Positions 47,801 to 56,999 of a DNA stretch of 64,000 nt are shown here, piece by piece (the stretch's first letter is position 1; the number at the start of each line of letters is the position of its first letter). The notes under the pieces are model-generated. The model was not told the origin of the DNA and did no database searches. It saw only the letters and a list, made by a program, of their open reading frames with translations. The stretch is taken from positions 26,128-90,127 of the forward strand of contig CAYWVZ010000001.1 of NCBI GenBank assembly GCA_964462215.1, in the 5' to 3' direction. Origin of the DNA: an uncultured Candidatus Saccharibacteria bacterium. Its GTDB lineage: Bacteria; Patescibacteriota; Saccharimonadia; Saccharimonadales; JAUPVS01. The position numbers and the translations under genes are program-made.

Positions 47801-48163
47801 GTAAGCACCCAACTCATCAATGGCGGTAACCAGCGGCTGGTCCATAAAGTATTCGGGATACCGCTGAATGATATCCGTACCGAAACCATGAAACGTGTAT
47901 ATACCAACATGGTACGCGGCCTCGCCGATCAGGCCGACCAGGCGTTCGCGCATATTGCGCGCTGCCGCCTCGGTAAACGTCAAACACACGATATTGGCCG
48001 GCGAGGTATCGGTGTGCTGCAGAATATAAGCCACCCGCATACTCAGCAGCTGGGTCTTACCGGTTCCCGGCCCGGCAACCACCAAAACCGGGCCGTCGAT
48101 AGTCTCGACCGCTTGGCGCTGCGCCGGATTAAGGCGCGCAAATTCAGTTTCGTACTTCCCCAT
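44864..48163 (-). CDS. UvrD/PcrA-family SF1 helicase fused to a C-terminal RecB-type PD-(D/E)XK nuclease (AddA-like)
   Basis: 1099 aa. LVVAGPGTGKTQ, IMVDEYQDTN, LYVAMTRARN. C-terminus GKIDVIRQLGDNRLAILDYKTG. Confidence 0.85.
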   Translation of the reverse strand: MGKYETEFARLNPAQRQAVETIDGPVLVVAGPGTGKTQLLSMRVAYILQHTDTSPANIVCLTFTEAAARNMRERLVGLIGEAAYHVGIYTFHGFGTDIIQRYPEYFMDQPLVTAIDELGAYELLAGIFAELPHSNPLSLKLGDDYLHLGSARQAISWLKQAGIEPADLRSVVKANKAFIDFAEPLVKPVFAERTSPKRLPEYERLLQALRQFRSSQADSSLQDLCVEELSAAIAATDAAGRHAKPITEWRNKWLVQNRLKVWIPADRRRTTFLQALSTVYERYQAALQNRGWYTFDDMILRTSRALEQHEELRLTLQEQYQYIMVDEYQDTNGSQNRLLELLADSPVNEGRPNLLAVGDDDQAIYRFQGAHMSIMLDFLNRWRDVTQVVLTANYRSGKRLLDLNRNLIVQGQDRLENHVPELSKQLVAERSDPAKDQARLTYTQTVSELDQYAYVADEISRLIKDGATPGSIAVLAPKHSYLQALVPYLLDRKLPVTYERREHILSQPRIIELLDLARLVQAAGSGDWAKVDSLMPLVLAADYWQLDPLVMWTVSVEAYRTKRLWLEIMLKHQNKQLQRFAQAVPVLARAAAHTPMEHMLDLLLGNQPITLPGNETWHIPYRQNYFGETQLQQTPQEYFTLLGQLTSLRQRLREYRPDKTLGLADVTEFVSLYEQSKLTLLDTNPHTVTADAVELMTAYKAKGLEWDTVFILGAHDNIWGTRTRGNTYSFGLPSNLAWIKPARDSHDDHLRLLYVAMTRARNNLYLTSFQQNLNGKKAEPISWFVSESMDVGEPALAPLPATVELVRTQELQWSMTPRQHGSLHDSLKPYLETYKLSATHLNSFVDLTKGGPKHFFFRHILHFPEAATPSSVYGSAIHQTLHYLHNHYSRSGTLPKLATLQKLLANDLRLSNLPAADKERLIQRGRETLARFYTDCSGSLRTDDKSEYSFAREGVVLGPARLTGKIDVIRQLGDNRLAILDYKTGAPLANWRPKGAYAQVRAHLYQQQLGFYHFLVNGSAHFNHRQVDHTLLQFVEPDEDGNLLELEYKASIEELSRLEQLVAAVWQHVMDLDFPDTSAYSLDLKGVKQFEQDLLDGKV

Positions 48164-48197
48164 CTGCCCTTATTGTACCGGTTACCGCTAAAAATGC

Positions 48198-48719
48198 TTA
48201 GGCGGCAACGATTTTGCCGCAGGCCAGCCGCGGTCCGCCGCTGTGTCCGGAACCGGATTCACCCGGAGTGTAGGGGTCGGGATTGCCATGTACCATGAGC
48301 GACGTACCCTCGGCAGGAGCTAGTATCGAGACCGGCCCGTCCGACAAAGTAACCCGCGTGGTAAGGGCCTCAAGCACTCCTTTGCCGGCTTCATCGACAG
48401 TAATGCTTGGCAAGTCGCCAGCGTGATAGCCGTGGTTGGCGTCCGGGTCGGTGTTACCGGCAGGGCCCGGGTCGAAATGGCCACCGGCGCACTTGAAGCC
48501 GTCGCACTCGCAGTCACCTTTTTCGTGGATGTGCACGGCATGTTTGCCGGCAGTCAAAACGCTTGGTTTGCCGTGTAGCTCCAACCGCAAATGGACATAT
48601 TTTGCTCCGTCAACATCATATTCGGTAAAAACGGCCGTACCGGTGATATCCGGCCCCTCTACATCAGCTTTTGCCCGGGCAGTGACCTTTTTAGCGTCGT
48701 TTTGCAGATCGAGCTTCAT
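48198..48719 (-). CDS. sodC: Cu/Zn superoxide dismutase, no recognisable signal peptide
   Basis: 173 aa. HAVHIHEKGDC, GGHFDP, NHGYHAGDLP, MVHGNPD are metal-ligand motifs. The N-terminus MKLDLQNDAKKV is hydrophilic. Confidence 0.85.
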   Translation of the reverse strand: MKLDLQNDAKKVTARAKADVEGPDITGTAVFTEYDVDGAKYVHLRLELHGKPSVLTAGKHAVHIHEKGDCECDGFKCAGGHFDPGPAGNTDPDANHGYHAGDLPSITVDEAGKGVLEALTTRVTLSDGPVSILAPAEGTSLMVHGNPDPYTPGESGSGHSGGPRLACGKIVAA

Positions 48720-48841
48720 TTTTTAACCTCTTTCATAATCAGGTATATAATCACCACCATCAGGCCGACCATAGCCAGTCCGCCGAAAATCAGCCCGCTG
48801 CTGAAAGAATGGCTCGGTGTATGATGTGCAAATAGTTCCAT
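48716..48841 (-). CDS. 41-aa His-rich single-TM micro-ORF translationally coupled to sodC
   Basis: Manual ORF MELFAHHTPSHSFSSGLIFGGLAMVGLMVVIIYLIMKEVKK. AGGAGGGAAT precedes the ATG. The stop overlaps the sodC start (ATGA) after an A6 run. Confidence 0.45.
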   Translation of the reverse strand: MELFAHHTPSHSFSSGLIFGGLAMVGLMVVIIYLIMKEVKK

Positions 48842-48922
48842 ATTCCCTCCTCTTTTCTATAATTATTGTAGCAGTTTTAAAACGATAAGCTATAATGAAC
48901 CTAACATAAGGAGTAACGATAT

Positions 48923-49807
48923 ATGGCAGCAACTAACAAAACTAGATTTTGGCGGCGGGTATTAATTACGGCAGTCATCGCAGCGCTGTTGCTGGTAGTG
49001 GCCAATTCAGCCTATTGGGTAAGCCGGACCATTTTTGACTCCAATAACTTTACGCGTGTTGCGGTAGCTTCGGTAACGTCCGATAGCAGCCGGCAAGCTA
49101 TTGCTGACGAGGTTGTCGATCGGGCCTTAAAAGACGTCCCGGTCATCAAAGAGATCGCCGGGCCGACAGCCAGTAAACTAGTCGGCAGCCTGTTGGCAAC
49201 TAACCAGTTTTCACATCTGTTAGAAAGCGCCACCAGCCGGCTGCATGTCTACTTGACATCTAATAACCGCGAGTCAATTGTGCTGAACCTGGGCAGCGTC
49301 AAAAACGTGCTTGGTTCATTGATTAGCCTGGCCGGCGACAGTGACGGCCAGAATGCCGCCCGTATAGATACTGTACCTGACCAAATTGTACTGGTCGATT
49401 CCAGCGATATTCCTGACTTCTACAGATATGGCATGGTCTTCTTGTGGCTGGGGCCGATAACGGCAATAGCGGCGCTGCTACTGCTGGCCTACCCCTACAT
49501 ACGCGACCGTTCCAAATACTACATTATCGCTTTGGCTCAGGGTGTCTCGATTGCGGTTGTTGGCTTGCTGTGTCTGCTGGTTGGGCCGCTGTTTAGGCCG
49601 CCGGTGCTGGCTGGTGTTGATAGTGTTAATAGCCGGATCGTAGTCGGCAACCTCTACGACGCTTTCGTTAATACCTTTAACCACCAGTCTCTGAACCTGG
49701 TTAAGGTCGGTATTGTCATAGCCGTGCTGCCATTGCTGGCGCACTTCGGGCTGGAGTTCTATCACAAGCGTAAGGCTGCTGCCAAAAAAACCGCCCAGAA
49801 ACCCTAG
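48923..49807 (+). CDS. membrane protein, unknown function
   Basis: 294 aa. N-terminal TM plus three C-terminal TM helices. Confidence 0.55.
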   Translation: MAATNKTRFWRRVLITAVIAALLLVVANSAYWVSRTIFDSNNFTRVAVASVTSDSSRQAIADEVVDRALKDVPVIKEIAGPTASKLVGSLLATNQFSHLLESATSRLHVYLTSNNRESIVLNLGSVKNVLGSLISLAGDSDGQNAARIDTVPDQIVLVDSSDIPDFYRYGMVFLWLGPITAIAALLLLAYPYIRDRSKYYIIALAQGVSIAVVGLLCLLVGPLFRPPVLAGVDSVNSRIVVGNLYDAFVNTFNHQSLNLVKVGIVIAVLPLLAHFGLEFYHKRKAAAKKTAQKP

Positions 49808-50382
49808 GCTTTAGTTGCCGGAGTTTTGCGCGCTGGCCGTATTGCCGCCCACAGTAAAAAAGCCACAATAAACAAACCTATAGAATAAAAACCGACCTCG
49901 CCGTACAGTTCTATTTTGTAGCCTTCATTAAAGTTCAATACGAAATAACCGAGCGCCGTGGAAGTATAGGCGGCTACGCACAGGGCGGCAGTAGCTACAA
50001 TGGCACTGCGGCTGCGTAACACAGCGGCAGTAATAATGGGGATAACATACAGGATAACGGCCCGGCTGGCCATGCCCCGCTGGCTGTATACTAAGAACGA
50101 AGCTACCAGAATATCGGCGGCGATAAGCACGAACACCAGGTTACGGTAAGCGTTGGCCGCCATAGCCTTACTTTTGGCTAAAAACCATACTACTGCCGTA
50201 ACCGCTAATAATCCTGCCGCAACCAGCCAGCGCTGCAGTACAACCTCCGGGGTTATAAGCTTCCAGGCATCATAGATAATAATCTGCCCCGCCAGAGCCA
50301 ACACGTATGCAAAGTGCCAGCGCGCTACCCGCGTGACACTGTTACGGAACTGAAGAATCTGATTTTTATTTGTTTGTTTCAT
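49804..50382 (-). CDS. polytopic membrane protein, unknown function
   Basis: ATG 50382 (MKQTNKNQ...). About 5 TM helices. Confidence 0.5.
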   Translation of the reverse strand: MKQTNKNQILQFRNSVTRVARWHFAYVLALAGQIIIYDAWKLITPEVVLQRWLVAAGLLAVTAVVWFLAKSKAMAANAYRNLVFVLIAADILVASFLVYSQRGMASRAVILYVIPIITAAVLRSRSAIVATAALCVAAYTSTALGYFVLNFNEGYKIELYGEVGFYSIGLFIVAFLLWAAIRPARKTPATKA

Positions 50383-50457
50383 AGGGCCTATAGGTATTAA
50401 ACAGGCCTCTGTTCTATCTGTCAACAGATTGCTGGGTGCCGGGCGAATAGTTAGCGC

Positions 50458-51993
50458 CTATTGTTCGAGCCGGAATGCCGTTAATTTGGCGCTGGCTTTG
50501 CCGACGCTCAGATTACGGGCAAAAACCGCCGGCCCGCCGGCTAACATAGAAATATCTTTGTTGCCAACCAAGACGTTCTGGCCGTTCAACTGGCAGACAA
50601 TCCGGTTATTACCGTCAACGATGATACCGAATGTGCTGCCGGTCCGGTAACCGGGCGGCTGTTTAATCTGGGTCAGGGGTTCGCGTGTGCCGCCGGTTAT
50701 GTGCTCAACTAAGATCCGATTATCATAAAACACACAACCGACATAGTCATTCTTGCCGCCATACAATGCGCCCAGTTCAATGTTGGTCAGAGGGTCCGGT
50801 ATGTCGAACCGGGCGGTAACGCGGTACTTCTTTAACAGCTTGGTACCGTCAAGGTACATAGCTACGCCGGTAGCGTTTGGTTCGGTGGTAAACGTCAGGC
50901 CGTCGTTGCTAAAACTCATAACGCCCCATTCATTTTTCCAGCCGTCGCTGGCGTCAAGCCGGGCCTGAAACGTAGCCGGTTTAGCGGTGCTAAGAGCCAG
51001 GTTAGCTACCAGTTCCGCGCCGCTTAGCCGCGGACTGACTTCGATGCGGCGCGACAAAAACGAATTATCGTTATGGTAATTAGAACTGTATGGCTCGCCC
51101 TTGCGGAACTGTACGTACACTTGTTGGTAATGGCGACGGGCCTCCTCTAGTAAGATGGGTGTTAGGGCGGTGTTGTCGCTGTGCTGGCCGTAATCGCCGA
51201 ACGGAAAAGCCAAGGTGCTGATACTGCCCGGCCCCAGCAAGTCGGTCAAGCGTTGCTTGGCGGTGGCCAACTCTTTGCCTACCCGGCTTCGGTATTCATC
51301 CGGTGTTTCTTTCCGCTTGTCTGCCGTGTTCCACTCCAGGTCGCCCAGAAAGTTTTCGGTTGTTCCCTTGGCGTCAACCACAATCTTATTAGTCCCCAGG
51401 TAATCAGCGTGGGCTTCGATGTCCCAGCGGCCGGTTTTATCCATCTGCAGCAGTTCTTTTTTGTCGAGGTAATATTGGCTGCCGTCGACAATGGAGTAAC
51501 CGCTGGCGATATACATGACGGCCTTAAAGTCGAGGGCCTCAAGAATAGAGTCGGCCCGGTAATAGCTGTCTTTGCGCCCGTCGTCGAACGTTATCATGAT
51601 AGACTTTTCGGGTAAACTGCTGGCTCCGGATATGAAGTCCAGGTATTGGTCAGTGGTAATAGTAGTGTAGCCGGCTTCTTTGAGGGCGACCATATGGTCG
51701 TTAAAAGCTTTTTGGGTAATGCTGAAGCCGTCATCCTGCGGCGTGTTCAAAATACCATGGTACAGAAGGATCGGCACCTCTTGCGCCACGGCGCCGGTCG
51801 GCTCCGGGCTGCCGATATGGCCATACTGGATACCGTAAGCGATACTGTCAATCGCGCGCATGGCCCGCATGCGCTGCAATGGCCGCACCCGCCAGTAACC
51901 GTAAATCAATGTCAGGCAAACAGCTATGATGACCAGGCCGATGACCATGATTTGCAGGGTGCGTTTGGGCCCGGAGTGCCGATGCTCTGTCAT
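50458..51993 (-). CDS. membrane-anchored polysaccharide deacetylase (CE4/NodB homology) with an extra C-terminal beta-rich domain
   Basis: 511 aa. TM IMVIGLVIIAVCLTLIYGYW. ITFDDGRKDSYY (NodB motif 1). LAFPFGDYG. Confidence 0.75.
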   Translation of the reverse strand: MTEHRHSGPKRTLQIMVIGLVIIAVCLTLIYGYWRVRPLQRMRAMRAIDSIAYGIQYGHIGSPEPTGAVAQEVPILLYHGILNTPQDDGFSITQKAFNDHMVALKEAGYTTITTDQYLDFISGASSLPEKSIMITFDDGRKDSYYRADSILEALDFKAVMYIASGYSIVDGSQYYLDKKELLQMDKTGRWDIEAHADYLGTNKIVVDAKGTTENFLGDLEWNTADKRKETPDEYRSRVGKELATAKQRLTDLLGPGSISTLAFPFGDYGQHSDNTALTPILLEEARRHYQQVYVQFRKGEPYSSNYHNDNSFLSRRIEVSPRLSGAELVANLALSTAKPATFQARLDASDGWKNEWGVMSFSNDGLTFTTEPNATGVAMYLDGTKLLKKYRVTARFDIPDPLTNIELGALYGGKNDYVGCVFYDNRILVEHITGGTREPLTQIKQPPGYRTGSTFGIIVDGNNRIVCQLNGQNVLVGNKDISMLAGGPAVFARNLSVGKASAKLTAFRLEQ

Positions 51994-51994
51994 A

Positions 51995-53371
51995 TTAGCC
52001 CCGCTGCCATTTCATTTTGCGGATAGTAACAGCCGAATAGAGAATAACCCACGCTAAAAACACTGCCGAGAACAGGCTCATTAAAGGCCGGAAATACCAG
52101 TAGCGGCACTCGCGGTCTTCGAACCGCAGCGCCAAGGCAAATAGCCCGCCGATTATAGCCACACTTAGTAAATAGGCGCCAATAGTAAAGGAGTACCGCT
52201 GGTGCGGCCGCAGAAATACCCGGGCAGCGATAATCGGGGCGCAGATAACGAAGATGATGTGGCTGTAATAAAGCAAAGCTACCGGGAACGGCTTGCGCCA
52301 AAAGAAGCGCGAATTAAAGAAAATATTACGGATGAAACTCTTTTTCCAGCGGACTTGTTGGGTCAGGAATTTCTTAAGCGTTGACGGAACAATAGTGACG
52401 GAGCGGGTGCTCCGGCTGTATACCACTTGCCATTTGCGGGGCGGATAGATGGTTCTTAAGAACCGGCTGCCGGCGTATTCTTGCCCGATTTTTTTGTGCA
52501 GGTACGGTACCCCAAGGACGATAGCGGTTAAGGTACGGTCGGTGGCAAAGCGGAACTCGGAGCCTAAGAACCGGTCGTCACGCCAGGCCGGCAGGAAGTT
52601 ATAGACGGCCTGCTTGCGGTAAACGGCCATTGGCCCGGAGACGCAGGTAACGGCGCCAAAAGCGCTCTCGAACGCCTTGCGTACCGAAAACTGCCCTTCC
52701 ATCCAGGCGTCTTGCATTTTGGTCAGTACGTTTTGGCCGGCGTTAATGGCCCGCCCGTGCCCCGACACGGCACCGACTAAGGGGTTGTTAACAAAGATGC
52801 GGACCGCTTTTTCGATCGCGTCATTTTTCCAGATGCTGTCGCTGTCGGTGTGGGCAAAAAGGCTGCCCTTGGCCTTACCCATGGCCTCGCAGAGGGCAGC
52901 CTTTTTGCCGATATTCTCTTTCATGCTGATAATCCGCAAGCGGCCTGGGTAGGTTTTTTTGTATGATTGCAGTATGGCCAGGGTTGAGTCGGTACTGGCA
53001 TCGTCGACTACGATTATTTCGATTTTAGGGTAGGTTTGGGTAGCTATAGAATCGAGGCAGCGCGTAATAAAAGCCTCTTCGTTGCGGACGGCAACCATGC
53101 AGGATACTAACGGTAACTGTTTGAATTCAGAAACCGGCCGCCCCCGGGTGGCCAGGTCTTTGTACTTAAACAGGGCCGTAATAAAGACCATTAAGTGAAC
53201 CGACAAAACGGCAAAACCGTACCCCAGCAGCAGGGTCAGACCGCTAATCTGGAAAACTACTATTTTATTGGCAAAAAACGCCAGCAAGACGCCAATGATT
53301 ACCAGGGCCGTCAGGGCTTTTTCGAATCGCCGTAGCCATACCTGTTTGTGCTGCGCAGGTTGCTTATTCAT
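51995..53371 (-). CDS. processive GT2 polysaccharide synthase (PgaC/IcaA/HasA/NodC-like)
   Basis: 458 aa. VVDDASTDST, HTDSDS, QQVRWKKS (Q(Q/R)xRW). TM helices flank the catalytic domain. Confidence 0.8.
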   Translation of the reverse strand: MNKQPAQHKQVWLRRFEKALTALVIIGVLLAFFANKIVVFQISGLTLLLGYGFAVLSVHLMVFITALFKYKDLATRGRPVSEFKQLPLVSCMVAVRNEEAFITRCLDSIATQTYPKIEIIVVDDASTDSTLAILQSYKKTYPGRLRIISMKENIGKKAALCEAMGKAKGSLFAHTDSDSIWKNDAIEKAVRIFVNNPLVGAVSGHGRAINAGQNVLTKMQDAWMEGQFSVRKAFESAFGAVTCVSGPMAVYRKQAVYNFLPAWRDDRFLGSEFRFATDRTLTAIVLGVPYLHKKIGQEYAGSRFLRTIYPPRKWQVVYSRSTRSVTIVPSTLKKFLTQQVRWKKSFIRNIFFNSRFFWRKPFPVALLYYSHIIFVICAPIIAARVFLRPHQRYSFTIGAYLLSVAIIGGLFALALRFEDRECRYWYFRPLMSLFSAVFLAWVILYSAVTIRKMKWQRG

Positions 53372-53376
53372 GTCCG

Positions 53377-54702
53377 TTATCTGCCAATGCCGCGGTAGTG
53401 AATACCGGCAGTAATTATTTTCTCTTTATGCAGGCAGTTCCGGCCATCCAGCACGTACTTAACCTTATGTCGGGTCAGCAGTTCCGGTGTGATAGTCTCG
53501 ACGTATTCACGGTGCGCAGTAGCAACAAAGATAACGTCACTGGCACGTAAAACATTTGTGAGCGACTTGGCTCGCGTGCAATGGCGTAGGGTAGCATCAG
53601 TACTGTCGCTGGCGTACGGATCATGCAAGATAACTGCGTTAGCTTTATGAACAAGATGGCGGGCTGCATCTATGGCGGGACTGCGCCGGGTATCACCGAT
53701 ATTCTCTTTATACGATAAACCGATCACACCAACAGTTAGGTCGGCTAGGTTATCGCCATGGCTTTCGCACATGTCCCTCAGGCGCTGCACGGCGTAGTAC
53801 GGCATAGTGTTGTTGACGTCGGCGGCGCTGTCAAGGAAACGAGTGTCGCGGCCGTTACGCCGGGCTTTTTGGATGACGTAGTGAATATCCTCCGGGATGC
53901 AATGGCCACCCGGCCCGATCCCCGGTTTCGCTAGACTCAGGCCGAACTGGGCCACCTTGGAATTAAGGCCGAGTAAAATGTTATTAATATCCATGCCGAG
54001 TGTATCGCAGATCATGGCTGATTCGTTAGCCAGGGCAATCATAACGTTACGATGGGTGTTTTCCCATGACTTGACAAATTCAGCCTCTTCAACCGAACCG
54101 AGCGGCACAATCATGGCATCGACCACCGACTCGTAGAAATCTGTTGCCCGCTTGCGGCAAGCCGGCGTGATACCGCCGACCACCCGGTTGAGGTTGCCAA
54201 CGAAGAATTCTTCGTTGCCCGGATCGACACGCTCCGGGCAGTGCGCCAAAAAGAAACCCTTACCTGCTTTGAGATTAGAAGTTTTCTCTAAAATCGGCAG
54301 TACAACTTTTCGGGTAACGCCCGGGTTAACGGTGCTTTCCAGAACGATAAGTTGTCCAGGCCGCAAGTGTTTGGCGATCTGCTGGCTGGTCGTGCGTATG
54401 TAGCTAAGATCGGGCACGTTGTCTTTAGTGGGGGTTGGTAAGCAGAGTATGATTGTGTCTGCGTCCCCGATTCGCCCAAACCCGGCTACAGCCCGTAGGG
54501 CTTGTGCCGGTGTTTGGGCGAAAGCGGCGTTGAAACGTTGGTCGTTGACAAACGGCGAAACGCGCTGGTTAACGTTACGGATGCGTTGTTTGTCAACGTC
54601 TACACCCAAGACGGTGTAGCCCTTGGCAGCCGCCTGGACTGCCAGCGGCAGGCCAACGTAACCTAGGCCAATGACGGCTACTACTTTCTCTTTATTACTC
54701 AT
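53377..54702 (-). CDS. nucleotide-sugar 6-dehydrogenase (UDP-glucose/UDP-GlcNAc/UDP-ManNAc dehydrogenase family)
   Basis: 441 aa. VIGLGYVGLPLA Rossmann motif. GPGGHCIPED catalytic Cys region. Confidence 0.85.
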   Translation of the reverse strand: MSNKEKVVAVIGLGYVGLPLAVQAAAKGYTVLGVDVDKQRIRNVNQRVSPFVNDQRFNAAFAQTPAQALRAVAGFGRIGDADTIILCLPTPTKDNVPDLSYIRTTSQQIAKHLRPGQLIVLESTVNPGVTRKVVLPILEKTSNLKAGKGFFLAHCPERVDPGNEEFFVGNLNRVVGGITPACRKRATDFYESVVDAMIVPLGSVEEAEFVKSWENTHRNVMIALANESAMICDTLGMDINNILLGLNSKVAQFGLSLAKPGIGPGGHCIPEDIHYVIQKARRNGRDTRFLDSAADVNNTMPYYAVQRLRDMCESHGDNLADLTVGVIGLSYKENIGDTRRSPAIDAARHLVHKANAVILHDPYASDSTDATLRHCTRAKSLTNVLRASDVIFVATAHREYVETITPELLTRHKVKYVLDGRNCLHKEKIITAGIHYRGIGR

Positions 54703-56339
54703 ATCCTACCGCCTCGTTGTTCATGCAGCAGCCAGCCGGTCTGGTATTTTTGGAAGAACGAAAAAGGCGGCGGAGTCTGCAGCGCTTCTGACACCACGGC
54801 AGACAAAGGCTTGGCTGCAACCGATTTTTGCGCCGGGTTTCTTCCCAGCCGCACCTGGCCCAGCGACGGCATGGTGCGCTTGTCGAAGATGGTAATATTC
54901 TGGTCGGCCGCCTCAAAGATGGTCAAACCGGCTGGCTGGTAGTTCATGACGTCAATGTTGTTACCGGCGGCGGCAAGCCGTAGTATGGTTAGCGATGCCT
55001 GGTCTGGTCCGGCTACCGTGTATGTGGGGACAAGCCGGTTATGTACATGCTGGTCATCCTCACCGGATACTTGGATACCAACGGCGTTACCGGTTACGGT
55101 AGTCTGTCCGCGGAATTGTATGCCGGTAATGTGTTGTTTCGGCCCGGTAGAGGGCGGGCTTTCCAGGCTTTTATCGTCACCAACAGTATAGAAAGCGATA
55201 CCGGCGCGGTGGTTGCGGGTGCTCGTGATATTTGCCAGGATTAAAGAGCGGGTAACCTCGAATGTTTGAGCGTATTGGCTGGTCACGGCTATACCGCTCT
55301 TACTGAAGTTGTCGACTTCTATAGCTTCGAGTGTTGCTCCGTCAACGGTGTTTAAGTCAACACCGTTCATCGGCGGCAGGCTGGCGTGGCCGCGGCCATT
55401 CACTTTCAGGTTGCGCAAGACAATGTTGCGGCTTTGACTCATTTTTAAGGCGGCCACGCCGTTTTGCGCCGGGGCGTTAAACGTTAGGTTCTCTATTGTA
55501 ATGTTCTTGAGCTGCTGAACTAAAAGGCCGTTACCAGACGAGTCGGCTACCAAGGTAACCTGGACGCCGTCGCGGCTTTGGCCAATAAGCTTGACAGTGC
55601 CCCGCTTGAACCGGAGTGTCTCGTGGTATGAACCGTTACGTACATGGACGATACCGCCGTCACTAACACGGTCAAGCCCCTCTTGGATAGTACGCAGCGG
55701 GGTTCCAGCCGTACCATCGCCGTCTTGAATGACACTACTGTCTACATATACTTCTGACAGTGTTGGTGACGGCAATGGTTCGCCGCCAATATATACCGGA
55801 CGGGTACTGTATTCGAAATCATTATCATCGACAGACAGACCGGTCACGTAACCTGCGCTGATAACCCGTTCTAGTGCCGCCGTAGCCAGGGCCGACACGG
55901 CCCGGAAGCGGTTACCGCTCACCTCTACGTTATCGGCGTTGATGCTAATCAGCTGCTGCTGTTTGGCTGCGTCAGTTTTAATAAAAGTAAAACCACGAAT
56001 GGCAGTACCCAAGCCACTTGGCGTAACTATAAAAGCGGTCTGGCCGCCCGAAATCCGTATCTCCGCGTTGTTATTGGTCTGGATATGGAGCGGCTTTTCG
56101 ATACGTATAGTCTCATCACGAATGGTCTGGGGGCTTGATATGCTTATCTCGCTGCCCGGTTTGGCTTTTTGGACGGCTTCTTGCAGGCTGGTGTACTGGC
56201 ACCCCTGTTCGCATACGGTGGTCTTACTTGCCGCCAGTGCCCATCGTAAAAAATACGGGTGCATACACGCGCCCGCCACCACTGCTAGCGTCACCGCCAG
56301 CAATCCATATACTAGCCTACGATGTTTTACGGTACTCAC
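54699..56339 (-). CDS. secreted/anchored right-handed parallel beta-helix repeat protein (NosD/pectate-lyase-like fold)
   Basis: 546 aa. N-terminal TM LVYGLLAVTLAVVAGA. Periodic G/N/V-rich beta-helix repeats. 4-nt overlap with the dehydrogenase gene. Confidence 0.5.
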   Translation of the reverse strand: MSTVKHRRLVYGLLAVTLAVVAGACMHPYFLRWALAASKTTVCEQGCQYTSLQEAVQKAKPGSEISISSPQTIRDETIRIEKPLHIQTNNNAEIRISGGQTAFIVTPSGLGTAIRGFTFIKTDAAKQQQLISINADNVEVSGNRFRAVSALATAALERVISAGYVTGLSVDDNDFEYSTRPVYIGGEPLPSPTLSEVYVDSSVIQDGDGTAGTPLRTIQEGLDRVSDGGIVHVRNGSYHETLRFKRGTVKLIGQSRDGVQVTLVADSSGNGLLVQQLKNITIENLTFNAPAQNGVAALKMSQSRNIVLRNLKVNGRGHASLPPMNGVDLNTVDGATLEAIEVDNFSKSGIAVTSQYAQTFEVTRSLILANITSTRNHRAGIAFYTVGDDKSLESPPSTGPKQHITGIQFRGQTTVTGNAVGIQVSGEDDQHVHNRLVPTYTVAGPDQASLTILRLAAAGNNIDVMNYQPAGLTIFEAADQNITIFDKRTMPSLGQVRLGRNPAQKSVAAKPLSAVVSEALQTPPPFSFFQKYQTGWLLHEQRGGRI

Positions 56340-56450
56340 AACACCTTTCGTTCTGCAAGTATTATATAAGAAAATTGCAATAATTAAAAGTTTAATTAGT
56401 CAGATAGTACTTATCTGATGAAACAGGCACTTGGTAGCGACGAAAGATAG

Positions 56451-56999
56451 CTACATATCGTCGTAATCTATCGCTTCGACTTTCCAGTTGCTCTGGATAG
56501 CGGCTGCTCGCCCGTTTGAAGTGACCGTAATGTCCATAAACGGTACCGCCTGATAGTTATGGTAGAACTTTCCTGCTTCCTCTAAAGCTGCGCTGACCTT
56601 CTCTATGACCGGCTGCGGGGTATCCCATCGTTCGTCTAGTCCGGCGGCCAGCGGCGGCCGGTATAGGGGCGCCGAGTTAAAGTGGTTGTCCTGAAAGCTT
56701 ATATACGCCAGGTGCAATATAAAGCCGGCTGCCCGTGAGGCCAGCTGTACCTCCAGCTGGCGCGGCCTTAGCATGTCGCAGAATATGCCCTCGCCTTGCA
56801 TATTTTCTTTTAGCACCCTGGGTGCCATATACAACCTCATCTGCTTTCCCTCTGGCGGCGTGATGCCGCGGACATTGGTGGTCACTAGGGCATCTTCTGG
56901 CGCATCGAGGTCAAATGGCTCAACGTAGTTGATGGCTTGGGGTATTTTGAGGTACTGCAGGAAATGAATGGTGCCGTCAAGGCCCTGCTGCAACTCCAT
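56451..56999 (-). CDS. hypothetical protein
   Basis: 182 aa, no motif recognised. Confidence 0.45.
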   Translation of the reverse strand: MELQQGLDGTIHFLQYLKIPQAINYVEPFDLDAPEDALVTTNVRGITPPEGKQMRLYMAPRVLKENMQGEGIFCDMLRPRQLEVQLASRAAGFILHLAYISFQDNHFNSAPLYRPPLAAGLDERWDTPQPVIEKVSAALEEAGKFYHNYQAVPFMDITVTSNGRAAAIQSNWKVEAIDYDDM

